Notes: a model not told the origin generated them from the sequence alone. A stretch of 64,000 nucleotides of DNA from Deltaproteobacteria bacterium (GCA_033763315.1 JANRKS010000024.1:128001-192000); one strand, 5' to 3'. Counted from the first letter of the stretch, positions 28,447 to 38,300 are shown. A program made the numbers and translations.

Positions 28447-29703
28447 CTAAAGCGGGTGCCGGGATCGCCCCACGCGACGGCTCATATACGCCACGGCAGC
28501 CTTCTCCAACAGCAGCACACCCTTTTTGGTGGCCATCGGCTGTTGCAATGGGCGCCCCTCGGCCGCCCTGCGCTCGAGGGCGTCGGCCAACTGCCCCGCG
28601 AAGCCGACGTCGTTGACGTACAGGTTCACTTCATCGTAAATGCCATGCGAGAGGCTGGTGAAGTTTGCTGATCCAATGTCGCTTTGACGTCGGTCGATCA
28701 CGATCGCCTTGGCGTGCACCACACGCGGGTGAAGACGCACGATCAAATTGCCAGGCCCCGCGGCTCGTCGAAGCAGCGTGTTGCACGTGGCGCGGTTGAT
28801 GTTGCCCATCACATCGGCCCGCGCCGACGTCACCAACGTGACATCCACTCCGCGAGCGACCGCTGCCAGCAGAGATTGGGTGAAGCGAGAATCGCCAAGA
28901 TACGCCATGCCGATGTGCAAAGACTTTCGCGCAGACGCAATCAACTGCAAACGCGATTGCAGCATGGGGCACAAACGAATTCCCTGTTTGGCGCGGTTGT
29001 GCAGCAAGAAATCAAACGTGCGGTCGGCGTCGAACTCGGCCTCAGTCTGCAGGCGTGCATTCAACCGCTCAACGGCTTCTCTGCCCTCCACTTCAACCAT
29101 GAAGTCCACCCATTCGTGGTGGTGATCGTCGCCAATGCCCATGCCGCCTAGGATCAACGCGGCCTCATCGAACACCCAGACCTTGGCGTGATCAAAACGC
29201 TTGTGGGCGTGCTCGATCGTGACGCGCGGGTGGGCGCATAAGGCATCGGCTTCTTCACAACGCTGCTGGGCCAGGGGGCCCCGCACAGCGTAGGCCCGAT
29301 CCAAGAACCAGGTTTGCATCCGCTGGCCGAGCTTGATGTTCTTGTGAAACAAACTCTGCCGTGTGCCCCCGTGGTACTCGTAGCTGGCCGCCACGCGATC
29401 TTTGCGGATCACCACGTCCACACCACGTTCAGCCGCCGCCAACAGAGCACGCGCCACGGAACGGCCTGTGTCGTCGTCACGCCACACGAACGCGCGCACC
29501 TCAATGCGCCGTGTGGCAGACCCGATGCGCGCCAGGATGCGCCTATAAGCGTCGCGCCCGTCCGCAAAGATCCGGTAGCCACCGAGGCCCGCGTGAGGTT
29601 TTGCGAAATTGTGACTTGCTGCGCCGCCCGCCGCCCGTCGCTCCTCAGCCAGCCTTCGCTGCGAAGGCTCATATTCTGGCGGCAGCGGTGTCCATCCCTC
29701 CAT
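28447..29703 (-). CDS. phospholipase D-family protein (cardiolipin synthase-like, no N-terminal TM)
   Basis: Two HKD motifs: HAKVWVFD...GGMGIG and HAKAIVID...GSANF. Confidence 0.88.
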   Translation of the reverse strand: MEGWTPLPPEYEPSQRRLAEERRAAGGAASHNFAKPHAGLGGYRIFADGRDAYRRILARIGSATRRIEVRAFVWRDDDTGRSVARALLAAAERGVDVVIRKDRVAASYEYHGGTRQSLFHKNIKLGQRMQTWFLDRAYAVRGPLAQQRCEEADALCAHPRVTIEHAHKRFDHAKVWVFDEAALILGGMGIGDDHHHEWVDFMVEVEGREAVERLNARLQTEAEFDADRTFDFLLHNRAKQGIRLCPMLQSRLQLIASARKSLHIGMAYLGDSRFTQSLLAAVARGVDVTLVTSARADVMGNINRATCNTLLRRAAGPGNLIVRLHPRVVHAKAIVIDRRQSDIGSANFTSLSHGIYDEVNLYVNDVGFAGQLADALERRAAEGRPLQQPMATKKGVLLLEKAAVAYMSRRVGRSRHPL

Positions 29704-29762
29704 ACGAGCCGCAAGGCTTACCTCATCTCGACATCGGCGGCAATTCCGGCTAGGAAAGTCCG

Positions 29763-30584
29763 GTGAAGCTGAAGGATTACGTCACTTTAGGCAACCTGTT
29801 GGGTGGCTTCGCCGCCGTCATCGCCCTGTTCGCAGGCTCCTTTGACTGGGCTTGCTACTTTATCTACATCGCATACGTGTTCGACGTGCTGGACGGCCCC
29901 GTGGCTCGTTTGACCAAGCAGTACGACACATTTGGCGGCGTATTCGACGAGGTTTGCGATTACATCACGAACTCGGTGATGGCCAGCTTCGTGGTGTTTT
30001 ATGCCTTCTGGAAGAACGCCGGGTATCCCATGGCCTTGGCGGCGGTGATTGCGGCCTTCCCACTCACCCTCGGCTCGCTCCGGCAGGCCCGCTCGATGGA
30101 CAAGCCACTTTCTTACCCGTGTTATTGGCTGGGCCTGCCACGCCCCGTGCTCGCCTTGTTCGTGCTTTCGGTGCTCAACTCAAGCTGGTTCAACATCAAG
30201 AGCGAACCGCTCAACGTGATCGCCCCTGCCTCCGTGGCCGTTGCCATCATCGTGGGCAGCTTCTTTCACCTATCGAAGATTCCGTTTCCCAACCACCAAA
30301 AGCGCCGCTTCATGGGACCCATGTGGTTTGGGCGGCTGTGGTTCTTGGGCGGCAGCCCGATCCTGTTCGCGGTGTGCATCGCGCTTGGACACACGCGCTG
30401 GGTTTACGACTATTTGACGTTCTCGTTTGTGATGTATGTGTTTGTCTCGTGGACGCAAATTCCACCGCAGGACAAGCGACGCATCCGTCATTACATCGCC
30501 ACCGGCGAGCTTGAAAATCCGTTGGTCCACAAGGACAACACCTGGCGGCCGAGTGGCTGGGTGCCAGCGCTGTCGAAGGAGTGA
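29763..30584 (+). CDS. CDP-alcohol phosphatidyltransferase (PssA-like)
   Basis: DYVTLGNL, FDVLDGPVARL...FGGVFDEVCD (DxxDGxxAR...GxxxDxxxD); multiple TM helices. Confidence 0.88.
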   Translation: MKLKDYVTLGNLLGGFAAVIALFAGSFDWACYFIYIAYVFDVLDGPVARLTKQYDTFGGVFDEVCDYITNSVMASFVVFYAFWKNAGYPMALAAVIAAFPLTLGSLRQARSMDKPLSYPCYWLGLPRPVLALFVLSVLNSSWFNIKSEPLNVIAPASVAVAIIVGSFFHLSKIPFPNHQKRRFMGPMWFGRLWFLGGSPILFAVCIALGHTRWVYDYLTFSFVMYVFVSWTQIPPQDKRRIRHYIATGELENPLVHKDNTWRPSGWVPALSKE

Positions 30585-30676
30585 GCGTTAGTTGACGAGC
30601 GTTGCGGCCCGGCTGAAAATGTGCCGGGTTGCCCTCGAACGAAGCGAACGCGTCACGCGGTGCCAGACCGCGAGCC

Positions 30677-32302
30677 ATGCGCCTTTTTGTGTGCGGGCTG
30701 TGCCTGGCATTCTTGGCGATATACGCGCGCACGTGGCACGCGGGGTTTGTCTGGGACGATCCCATATGGGTGGTGAACAACCCTCGTTTAACGGAGCCGC
30801 TGCTCGCGGGTCTGTCAACCACGCAGCACGCGCACATGGGCGCGGCCGCAACCGATGCGGTTCACCCGGCGTATGAAAGTTATCGACCGCTGGCGTTTGC
30901 TTCGGTGTGGCTGGATCACCATTTTTTCGGCGCCAACCCAGCGCCGATGCATGTTGAAAACCTCTTGTGGGGTTTGCTCTATGCACCGCTTGTGCTGTGG
31001 GTCGCGCGCGCATTGCTTGTCCGCGAAGTTGCGGCAGCCACAGCGACCGCGATGTTCTTGCTTCACCCCATGCAGGTGGAGGTGTTCGCGTATATCTGCA
31101 CGCGGGGAGACATCCTTGCGGGCCTGTGCGCCCTGGCGGCGGTGGGTCTGGTTGTTCAGCGAAAGCCGCGGGCATCGATCGCACGGCTTGTTTGTGTGTG
31201 TCTATTGTTTTTGTTGTCGCTGCTGGCAAAGGAGTCGGCCATCGGCTTGCCCTTCGCTTTGGCGGCGTTGGGTGTGGCGTGCCGAAGGCTTCGCCTGTGG
31301 TTTCCCGGATTGTTGGCGATGCTGGCGGCCATTGGGTTTTACCTGGTGTTGCGCGTGCAATTGGTTGGCGCGGGCAACACATCAGTGTCAAAGGCGGAGG
31401 CGCTCACGGCGCTTATCAACCTGCCAGGCATCGCCCTGGCGTACGCGCAAAGCTTTGTCTGGCCGTTCGACCTGTCCATCGCGCGGCCTGTGCATACCGA
31501 GTACACGGCCGCCGGCTGGGCACTAACCTTGATCTCTGCGCTGTTCTTGTTGTGGCGCAACCTGCGTAAGCGACTTGATAACCAGCCGATCGATGATCAA
31601 CCGTCGTTTGCCGCATGGGCGGCGGCGGGATGGCTTTGGCTCGTGTGCTTGGTGGGGCCGTCAGCGGTTGTTGCCATCACACAAAAGGCAGCCGGTGACA
31701 GATACGCACACCTTGGCGTCTTGGGGTTGTGCTTGCTGGGCGGCACAGGCGCTGTCTGGGCTTTTGATAGCACCACCAAAGCTTCGCCGTCGTGGCTGCA
31801 ACGACCTATCGTGCGTCGCCTGGCTCAAGCGGTGGTGGGAGCCTTCGCGATCACTTTGTTGGTTGTCACCTTCATACAGGTATCGTTTTGGCGCAACAAC
31901 GTCGCCCTTTACCAGCGCGCCTTGCAGCTTGAGCCCCAAAGCGCGTTCGCAAACTATCAGGTGGGTTACCTGTATGCGCAAGCGCGGCGTTGGCCCGAAG
32001 CCGCCACGCACTTTGCCACGGCCGTTAAATACGACCCCGAAAACAGCCGAGCACACAATAACCTGGGGGTCGCGTATTTGAACTCAAACAACCTGCCATC
32101 CGCGCAAGCGGCATTTCGAGCGTCACTCGCCACGTCAGGCAACGCCAACCACCGCGCGTGGGCGAACCTTGGCACGGCGTTGCTCAAGCAAGGCAATCGG
32201 CAAGGCGGGTGCGAGGCCTTGCAACAAGCGCTGCACATTGTTCCGTCTTATTCCACGGCCGTGGCTGCACACGCCAAGCACTGCCGCACAGGAACGCCCT
32301 AA
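30677..32302 (+). CDS. TMTC-like GT-C membrane glycosyltransferase with C-terminal TPRs
   Basis: GFVWDD, YRPL, FLLHPMQVEVFAYICTRGDIL, LLAKESA, DRYAHL, FWRNNVALY followed by TPRs. Confidence 0.85.
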   Translation: MRLFVCGLCLAFLAIYARTWHAGFVWDDPIWVVNNPRLTEPLLAGLSTTQHAHMGAAATDAVHPAYESYRPLAFASVWLDHHFFGANPAPMHVENLLWGLLYAPLVLWVARALLVREVAAATATAMFLLHPMQVEVFAYICTRGDILAGLCALAAVGLVVQRKPRASIARLVCVCLLFLLSLLAKESAIGLPFALAALGVACRRLRLWFPGLLAMLAAIGFYLVLRVQLVGAGNTSVSKAEALTALINLPGIALAYAQSFVWPFDLSIARPVHTEYTAAGWALTLISALFLLWRNLRKRLDNQPIDDQPSFAAWAAAGWLWLVCLVGPSAVVAITQKAAGDRYAHLGVLGLCLLGGTGAVWAFDSTTKASPSWLQRPIVRRLAQAVVGAFAITLLVVTFIQVSFWRNNVALYQRALQLEPQSAFANYQVGYLYAQARRWPEAATHFATAVKYDPENSRAHNNLGVAYLNSNNLPSAQAAFRASLATSGNANHRAWANLGTALLKQGNRQGGCEALQQALHIVPSYSTAVAAHAKHCRTGTP

Positions 32303-32303
32303 C

Positions 32304-33086
32304 GTGCATGCGCAACCATTGGTGAGCGTGGTGATTCCCACGTTTAAGGATCAGGCAACCTTGCGCCAGCAGCTGCCCCTGCTCCTGCAATACCTGCCAA
32401 CGCTGAACAAAAGCTTCGAGGTCATCTTGGTGGATGATGGCGGCGCGCCCGAAGAAACCGCAGCGCTTGCAAAGAGGATGGGCTGCCGTTTTGAATGCAA
32501 CCCGCGCAACCTTGGCAAAGGCGCAGCGGTACGGCGTGGGATGCTGGCCGCGCAGGGAGCCTACCGCTTGTTCACCGACGCCGACATTCCTTACGAACTT
32601 GATGCCTTCGCCCACGCGCTGTGGTGCCTTGAACACCGTGGGTTCGATATGGTCGCGGGCGATCGCACGTTGCCTGGATCCACGTACCACGAGGAGATCG
32701 GGCTTTCGCGCAAGCTGGCGAGCAAGGCGTGTTCGTTCTTTGTGGGTCGTTTTTTAACGGGTGGTTGGTTTGACACGCAATGCGGCTTCAAGGGCTTTCG
32801 CGATGTGGTGGCCCAAGACTTGTTCGGTGTCGCACGCGTCGATGGCTTTGCGTTTGACATCGAACTTATCTACACGGCGTTGCACCGTAACTACGACATC
32901 AAACGCATACCCGTAAAGTTGCGTTGCCAGGAGGGCTCAAGCGTGCACGTGCTACGTGATGGAACGCGGATGGCACGCGACGTGGTGCGCATTCGTGCGC
33001 TGCGCGCGATCGGTGCCTATGGGCAACGGCCTCCCGAGGCAGAGCCTCTTTATGTGCCGTGGCTAAACCATAAGGATCGAATCTAG
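32304..33086 (+). CDS. GT2 polyprenol-phosphate sugar synthase (Dol-P-Glc/Dol-P-Man synthase-like)
   Basis: VSVVIP, ILVDDG, NLGKGAAVRRGML, LFTDADI, DTQCGFKGF, FAFDIEL. Confidence 0.9.
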   Translation: MHAQPLVSVVIPTFKDQATLRQQLPLLLQYLPTLNKSFEVILVDDGGAPEETAALAKRMGCRFECNPRNLGKGAAVRRGMLAAQGAYRLFTDADIPYELDAFAHALWCLEHRGFDMVAGDRTLPGSTYHEEIGLSRKLASKACSFFVGRFLTGGWFDTQCGFKGFRDVVAQDLFGVARVDGFAFDIELIYTALHRNYDIKRIPVKLRCQEGSSVHVLRDGTRMARDVVRIRALRAIGAYGQRPPEAEPLYVPWLNHKDRI

Positions 33087-33953
33087 GTGTCATGGCACAC
33101 AACGCCCCTGCAAAGGCCGCCCTGCCCGCTGTGTGAGGGCCGCCGCAAGCGCGTTGGCTACTCTCAGGCGTTTGCTCCGTTCGCTTTGGCCACGTGCCTC
33201 GATTGCCACTTCGAGTATTTGAGCCCGCGACCCACAGAGCAGGCCATGCGGCAGTTTTACGAAAGCGGCGATTACTATGCTTCGCAGGCGCAGGGCGAAG
33301 GGTATGGCAACTACGCTGATCAGCAACAAAGCCTCCGCCTGACCGCGCGGGCGCTGCTTACCGAACTGCAGCACTTACGCCGTGGTGCACGCGGCCGGCT
33401 TTTGGAAGTGGGCTGCGGGCTCGGCTATTTCCTGTCCGAGGCCCGGCCGCATTTTGATTGGCTGGAGGCCACCGAGATGTCTGCCGCCGCCGCCGAGCAG
33501 GCCAAGGCGTTCGCCGATCGCGTTTTCGTTGGCGATGTGTCCAGCTTGCCCAGCGGTCATCAGCGTTACGACGTGATCGTGGCCTCGCAAGTGGTGGAAC
33601 ACATTTACGCGCCACACAGCTTCGTGGCCTCGCTCACGCAGCGGTTGGCGCCGGGGGGTTGCCTGCTGCTCACAACGCCCGACGCCGGCAGCCCTTGGCG
33701 GCGCCTGATGGGATCCAAGTGGCCGTCTTTCAAACTGCCCGAACACGTCACCTACTATGATAGCGCGTCCTTGCAGCGCCTGATGGGCGCCCACCTACCA
33801 CGCGTGGTGCAGGTGCCCTGCGAACACGCGTTTCCCTTGGCCCTGGTGTTTACGAAACTGGGGCTCGGTCGCTGGTCAGCCCGCCTCGGCGACGCCGCGC
33901 TCTTCATGCCTAAGGCGTGCGTCGCGGTGGCTGGCTTCGCGCAGGACGAGTGA
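33087..33953 (+). CDS. class I SAM-dependent methyltransferase with N-terminal CxxC...CxxC
   Basis: CPLC...CLDC, LLEVGCGLG, YDVIVASQVVEH, LAPGGCLLLTTP, PEHVTYY. Confidence 0.88.
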   Translation: MSWHTTPLQRPPCPLCEGRRKRVGYSQAFAPFALATCLDCHFEYLSPRPTEQAMRQFYESGDYYASQAQGEGYGNYADQQQSLRLTARALLTELQHLRRGARGRLLEVGCGLGYFLSEARPHFDWLEATEMSAAAAEQAKAFADRVFVGDVSSLPSGHQRYDVIVASQVVEHIYAPHSFVASLTQRLAPGGCLLLTTPDAGSPWRRLMGSKWPSFKLPEHVTYYDSASLQRLMGAHLPRVVQVPCEHAFPLALVFTKLGLGRWSARLGDAALFMPKACVAVAGFAQDE

Positions 33954-33960
33954 TCGCGAC

Positions 33961-34003
33961 GCACGCAAAAAACCCCTTGGCGGTTAAGCCTCGGGGTTCG
34001 TGC
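33961..34003 (-). terminator. intrinsic terminator after rplX
   Basis: Minus strand AACCCCGAGGC-TTAACC-GCCAAGGGGTT followed by TTTT. Confidence 0.65.
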
Positions 34004-34024
34004 AAGCGGCAGGCTGCTTGATGA

Positions 34025-34345
34025 TTAGCTGGCGGCCACGTCGGTGCCGCTGCGCTTGGCAACGCGGACCAACTTGTCGCCGTCTTTACGGAAGCCAACG
34101 CGGGTGCCTTTGGTGGGCTCCTTCGGGTCGGCCAGCATGACGTTCGACACGTGGATGGCGCCTTCGCGCTCACTAATGCCACCACTTTGGTTTTGCTGCG
34201 TGGGCTTCGTGTGGCGCTTCTGCATGTTGACCTTTTGGATCACCACGCGATCGGGGCTGTCAAAACGCAAGACCTCACCGGTTTTGCCTTTGTCTTTGCC
34301 AGCGGTCACAACAACCGTGTCACCTTTGCGAATCCGAGCGGGCAT
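34025..34345 (-). CDS. rplX: 50S ribosomal protein L24 (uL24)
   Basis: [19 protein letters not shown] (KOW), [33 protein letters not shown]. Confidence 0.96.
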   Translation of the reverse strand: MPARIRKGDTVVVTAGKDKGKTGEVLRFDSPDRVVIQKVNMQKRHTKPTQQNQSGGISEREGAIHVSNVMLADPKEPTKGTRVGFRKDGDKLVRVAKRSGTDVAAS

Positions 34346-34506
34346 TACTTCGTCTCCTTATAGTCAACATGCTTACGCGCCTTAGGATCGTATTTCTTGA
34401 TTTGAATACGATCAGGCGTCGTGCGCTTGTTCTTCGTGGTGGTGTAGCGATGCCCCGTGCCCGCAGAGGACTCGAGTTGGACGATTACGCGGTTGCCTTT
34501 AGCCAT
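34345..34506 (-). CDS. rpmG: 50S ribosomal protein L33 (bL33), Cys-free zinc-independent type
   Basis: [53 protein letters not shown]; AGGAG RBS; TAATG overlap with rplX. Confidence 0.96.
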   Translation of the reverse strand: MAKGNRVIVQLESSAGTGHRYTTTKNKRTTPDRIQIKKYDPKARKHVDYKETK

Positions 34507-34837
34507 TTGATAACTCTCCTGCCCGAACAAACAAGGTGACGCAGGCCGAACACGGCTCAACCTCACCCCACGCGCGGGCCGAAGGGAATGCCACGGAAGA
34601 GCACAAGGGTCAAGTCCCGTCCTGTGGATAAAGTGGGAGATCCAAGGTCCGGTGGCTGGACCGGCTGTCACTCGCCGCCCAGCATCCGTCGATCGAGCCT
34701 GTTTGCTTGACACATAAAGACAATCCTTCGCCGCCCTTTCGCAGGCAATTGACCGCGTTCATGTGGCTCACAACTTTATCCAGCGGTGAGCCCTGGGGTC
34801 CAGCAGAGGACGGTCATGTTACGATGGCTACCCATTC

Positions 34838-36964
34838 ATGCGCAAACCCGAGCCGCCCCTCAACGAGCACGAGCGTTTACGAGCGCTGGCCAGCTACGAG
34901 GTTCTGGATACGCCGCCTGAAAGCACCTTCGATGCCCTCACAACGATCGCCGCCCAGATCGTTAACACGCCCGTGGCTTTGGTTTCACTGGTGGATGCAG
35001 GCAGGCAATGGTTCAAGTCACGCCATGGCCTTGAGGTGGAGTCCACGCCCCGCGACGTCTCGTTCTGCGGCCACGTGGTGCAAGAGGGTGGGGCCTTGGT
35101 CGTGGTCGACGCGCTGGCGGACCAAAGGTTTGCCGATAACCCATTGGTGGCGGGCGAATTGGGAATTCGCTTTTACGCGGGCATGCCTTTGCGTGACAGC
35201 GAAGGTTTCGTTTTGGGCACGTTGTGCGCCATCGATTTCAAGCCCCGCCAGATCACGGCCGACCAGCGCAAGGCGCTGGAGCTACTTGCGCAGCAAGTGG
35301 TCGCGCTGTTGGAATTGCGGCGCAGCACGCGGCTTCTACAGCAAGAGCGATCGCTACTGTTAGCGCGCGATCAAGAGCTCCGTGAAAGCCAAGAGCAGTT
35401 ACGCGCGTTGTTCGAGGGAATGCAAGAAGGCGTCACCCTGCAGGACAGCGATAGCAAGATCATTGCCGCCAACAGCGCAGCCTTCGAGATTCTTGGTTTG
35501 ACCAAAGATCAGCTGGAAGGGCGCACGTCTTTGGATCCCAGTTGGCGCTGTGTGCATGAAGACGGATCGCCTTTTCCTGGTGAAACGCATCCGTCGCTTG
35601 TCAGTCTGCAGACCGGCAGGCCCGTGACAAACGTCATCATGGGCGTGCATTCCTCCACCCGGCCGTTGGCATGGATCAGCATCAACGCGCGCCCTCTGTG
35701 GAAGGAAAATGCCACGCGGCCCCACGCGGTGATTGTGACCTTTCGAGACATCACAGACGAGCGAAACGCGGCCGATCTGGCGGCGCGCTTGGCAACACAG
35801 GAGCGGCTGGTCACCACCGGCACGCTGGCCGCAGGCATTGGTCACGAGATCAATTCGCCGTTGACCTACGTGATCTCGAACATCGATTTCGCGCAGGAGG
35901 AACTGCGCGGCATGACCGATGGCTCAAGCAGCGTGAACATGGGCCGGCTGCGTGAGTTGGTGGACGTCATCACGGAGGCACGTGAGGGTGCCGAACGCGT
36001 GCGACGGATCGTTAGAGGGTTGAAGTCTTTGGCACGCGCGGCCGAGCCGCCACAACCCACCGATCTGCGCAACGTCATCGAAATGGCGATGAACATGTCG
36101 ATGCATGAATTGCGGCCCAAGGCCACCGTGCTCGTCTCACCCATTTCGGTGCCGGCCGTTTTGGCGGACGAGTCTCGCCTGACGCAGGTGCTTGTGAATC
36201 TTTTGGTCAATGCCGCGCAGGCTTTCCCCCAAAGCGATCCCACCTGCAACCGCGTTGAGATCAATGTTGTGCCGTCGGCGTCGCACGTGGCCATCGAAGT
36301 GGCTGACAACGGTCCTGGCATCGCTCCCGAGGTGCTGCCTCGAATCTTTGATCCATTCTTCACCACCAAACCCGTGGGCAACGGCACCGGCCTCGGCTTG
36401 TCCATCTCGCACTCGATCGTTACGTCGTTGGACGGTGAGTTGACCTGCGTCACGCAGCTTGGGATGGGAACCACGTTCCGGGTCGTGCTGCCGCTGCCAA
36501 AAACGCAACCGCCCGTTCGCCCCGCAGATGCGATGCAACCCTCCACGCCCCGCGGCAAAGTGCTGGTGGTTGACGACGACGTGTCGGTTCTGCGTTCCGT
36601 GTCCCGCCTGCTGATGGGCGAAAACGACGTTGTGACCATTAGTGATCCGCGAGAGGCGTACCAAGTGCTTCAGAGCGGTCAGCGATTTGACGTGGTGTTC
36701 TGCGACTTGATGATGCCGCACATGACAGGCGTCGAACTGTTACGCCTGGTTTCACAAACGATTCCCGGGATGGCGGAACGGTTTGTTCTGATCACCGGTG
36801 GCGTCGTCCGAGAGGATATGCAGGAATTTCTGGCTGGGATCAGCAACGAGCGGCTAGAAAAGCCCTTCAGCACGCGGCAGATTCGGGGGGTTGTGCGGCG
36901 GTTCGTCTCCGAAGGCCCTGCCGAAGGTCAGCCGCCTCAGGTCATGGTGACCCACAGCCGATGA
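34838..36964 (+). CDS. hybrid sensor histidine kinase (GAF-PAS-HisKA-HATPase-REC)
   Basis: NEHERLRALASYEVLDT GAF; PAS; GIGHEINSPL H-box; NLLVNAAQA, DNGPGI, FFTTK, GTGLGL; VLVVDDD...CDLMMP...KPF receiver. Confidence 0.95.
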   Translation: MRKPEPPLNEHERLRALASYEVLDTPPESTFDALTTIAAQIVNTPVALVSLVDAGRQWFKSRHGLEVESTPRDVSFCGHVVQEGGALVVVDALADQRFADNPLVAGELGIRFYAGMPLRDSEGFVLGTLCAIDFKPRQITADQRKALELLAQQVVALLELRRSTRLLQQERSLLLARDQELRESQEQLRALFEGMQEGVTLQDSDSKIIAANSAAFEILGLTKDQLEGRTSLDPSWRCVHEDGSPFPGETHPSLVSLQTGRPVTNVIMGVHSSTRPLAWISINARPLWKENATRPHAVIVTFRDITDERNAADLAARLATQERLVTTGTLAAGIGHEINSPLTYVISNIDFAQEELRGMTDGSSSVNMGRLRELVDVITEAREGAERVRRIVRGLKSLARAAEPPQPTDLRNVIEMAMNMSMHELRPKATVLVSPISVPAVLADESRLTQVLVNLLVNAAQAFPQSDPTCNRVEINVVPSASHVAIEVADNGPGIAPEVLPRIFDPFFTTKPVGNGTGLGLSISHSIVTSLDGELTCVTQLGMGTTFRVVLPLPKTQPPVRPADAMQPSTPRGKVLVVDDDVSVLRSVSRLLMGENDVVTISDPREAYQVLQSGQRFDVVFCDLMMPHMTGVELLRLVSQTIPGMAERFVLITGGVVREDMQEFLAGISNERLEKPFSTRQIRGVVRRFVSEGPAEGQPPQVMVTHSR

Positions 36965-36971
36965 GATCATC

Positions 36972-37352
36972 ATGGCGCGCCCCGCAGTTGCCAACCCCCA
37001 CCAAGCAAAGCGGCGTGCCCCCCGCGTGCGGCCAGCCAAGGGCCACCCCATCGAAATCCAAATCATCGGCGGTGAATTCTTGGATATTTTCCACGCCCGC
37101 AACATCAGCGAAGGTGGCGTGAAGGTTATGGTGCCCCATCTCTTTGAGGGCTGCGACGTGGACCACGAGGTGGATCTCATTGTCACCCTCCCGGGGGGCC
37201 GGCCCTTTAGTACAAGAGGACGCATTCGGCACCGTCAAGATGCGGGCGACGTTCGCGCGTTCGGTGTGCAGTTGATCCGGCTGTCAAACGCCGACCGGGC
37301 CAGCGTGGCAGCCTACGTGCAAAAGCGTTTAGCCGAGGGCGGCGAGACCTAA
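36972..37352 (+). CDS. stand-alone PilZ domain protein
   Basis: KRRAPR and RNISEGG motifs. Confidence 0.85.
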   Translation: MARPAVANPHQAKRRAPRVRPAKGHPIEIQIIGGEFLDIFHARNISEGGVKVMVPHLFEGCDVDHEVDLIVTLPGGRPFSTRGRIRHRQDAGDVRAFGVQLIRLSNADRASVAAYVQKRLAEGGET

Positions 37353-37520
37353 AACGGGACTTCCGGCCCAGTGGGCGGGTCGCTGGCGCGCCTTTCTTCA
37401 GGCGACGGCAAACGAAAAGCGGGCCAGAAGTCTTACGCCCGGCTGCTAAGCTCGGGCGGTGTTTTTCGCGGTCCCCCCAGCGCCCTCGTCGCTTGCATTC
37501 TTTCACCCAAGGCACCAGGC

Positions 37521-38300
37521 ATGAAGGTAGGCCTATTCATTCCTTGTTACGTGGATCAGCTCTATCCCGACGTGGCCATGGCCACCGTCGAGGTGTTGGA
37601 GCGGTTCGGCGTGCACGCCGACTTTCCCACAGCACAAACTTGCTGTGGCCAACCGATGGCCAACTCCGGTTGCACCGGTGACACCCGGCCTTTGGCCGAA
37701 GCGTTCTTGCGCATCTTCTCAGGGTACGATTACGTCGTTTGCCCGTCGGGTTCGTGCGTGTCGATGGTTCGCCACCACTACGAAGAATACTTCCACAACA
37801 ACCCCACGTTCGAGGCGCTTAAAGCGCGCACATTCGAGCTGTGCGAGTTCTTGGTGGATGTGCTCAAGATAAAGAGCGTCGCGGGCAAGTTCCCGCACAA
37901 GGTGGGGCTGCATCAAAGCTGCCACGGCCTGCGCGAGCTTCACCTGGGGCCGCCCACCGAGTTGATGAACAAAGGCACGCCCAACAAGGTCAAGCAGTTG
38001 CTAGCTGAACTCGACGGCATCGAATTCACGTCGTTGCAGCGGCCCGATGAGTGCTGTGGGTTCGGCGGCACGTTTGCCGTGGCGGAAGAGGCTGTGTCTT
38101 GCATGATGGGCCAGGATCGCTTGGCCGATCACCAGCAGGCGGGCACGCATGTGTTAACCGCTGCGGATATGTCGTGCTTGATGCATCTTGAAGGGCTGCT
38201 GCGCCGCCAGGGCAAAGACGTGGCTGTGATGCACGTCGCGCAGATCTTGGCGGGGCGCGAACCACAGTTTGCGAGCCAACGAGGAGGCACCTCATCATGA
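37521..38300 (+). CDS. lutA: L-lactate utilization protein A (CCG Fe-S subunit)
   Basis: MKVGLFIPCYVDQ, QTCCGQP, SGSCV, HQSCH, ECCGFGGTF. Confidence 0.92.
   Translation: MKVGLFIPCYVDQLYPDVAMATVEVLERFGVHADFPTAQTCCGQPMANSGCTGDTRPLAEAFLRIFSGYDYVVCPSGSCVSMVRHHYEEYFHNNPTFEALKARTFELCEFLVDVLKIKSVAGKFPHKVGLHQSCHGLRELHLGPPTELMNKGTPNKVKQLLAELDGIEFTSLQRPDECCGFGGTFAVAEEAVSCMMGQDRLADHQQAGTHVLTAADMSCLMHLEGLLRRQGKDVAVMHVAQILAGREPQFASQRGGTSS

Noticed and set aside
34507-34837. Possible oriC or ncRNA in the intergenic region
   Set aside because: Only one perfect DnaA box, no AT-rich unwinding element, no dnaA/gidA context and no recognisable RNA family.
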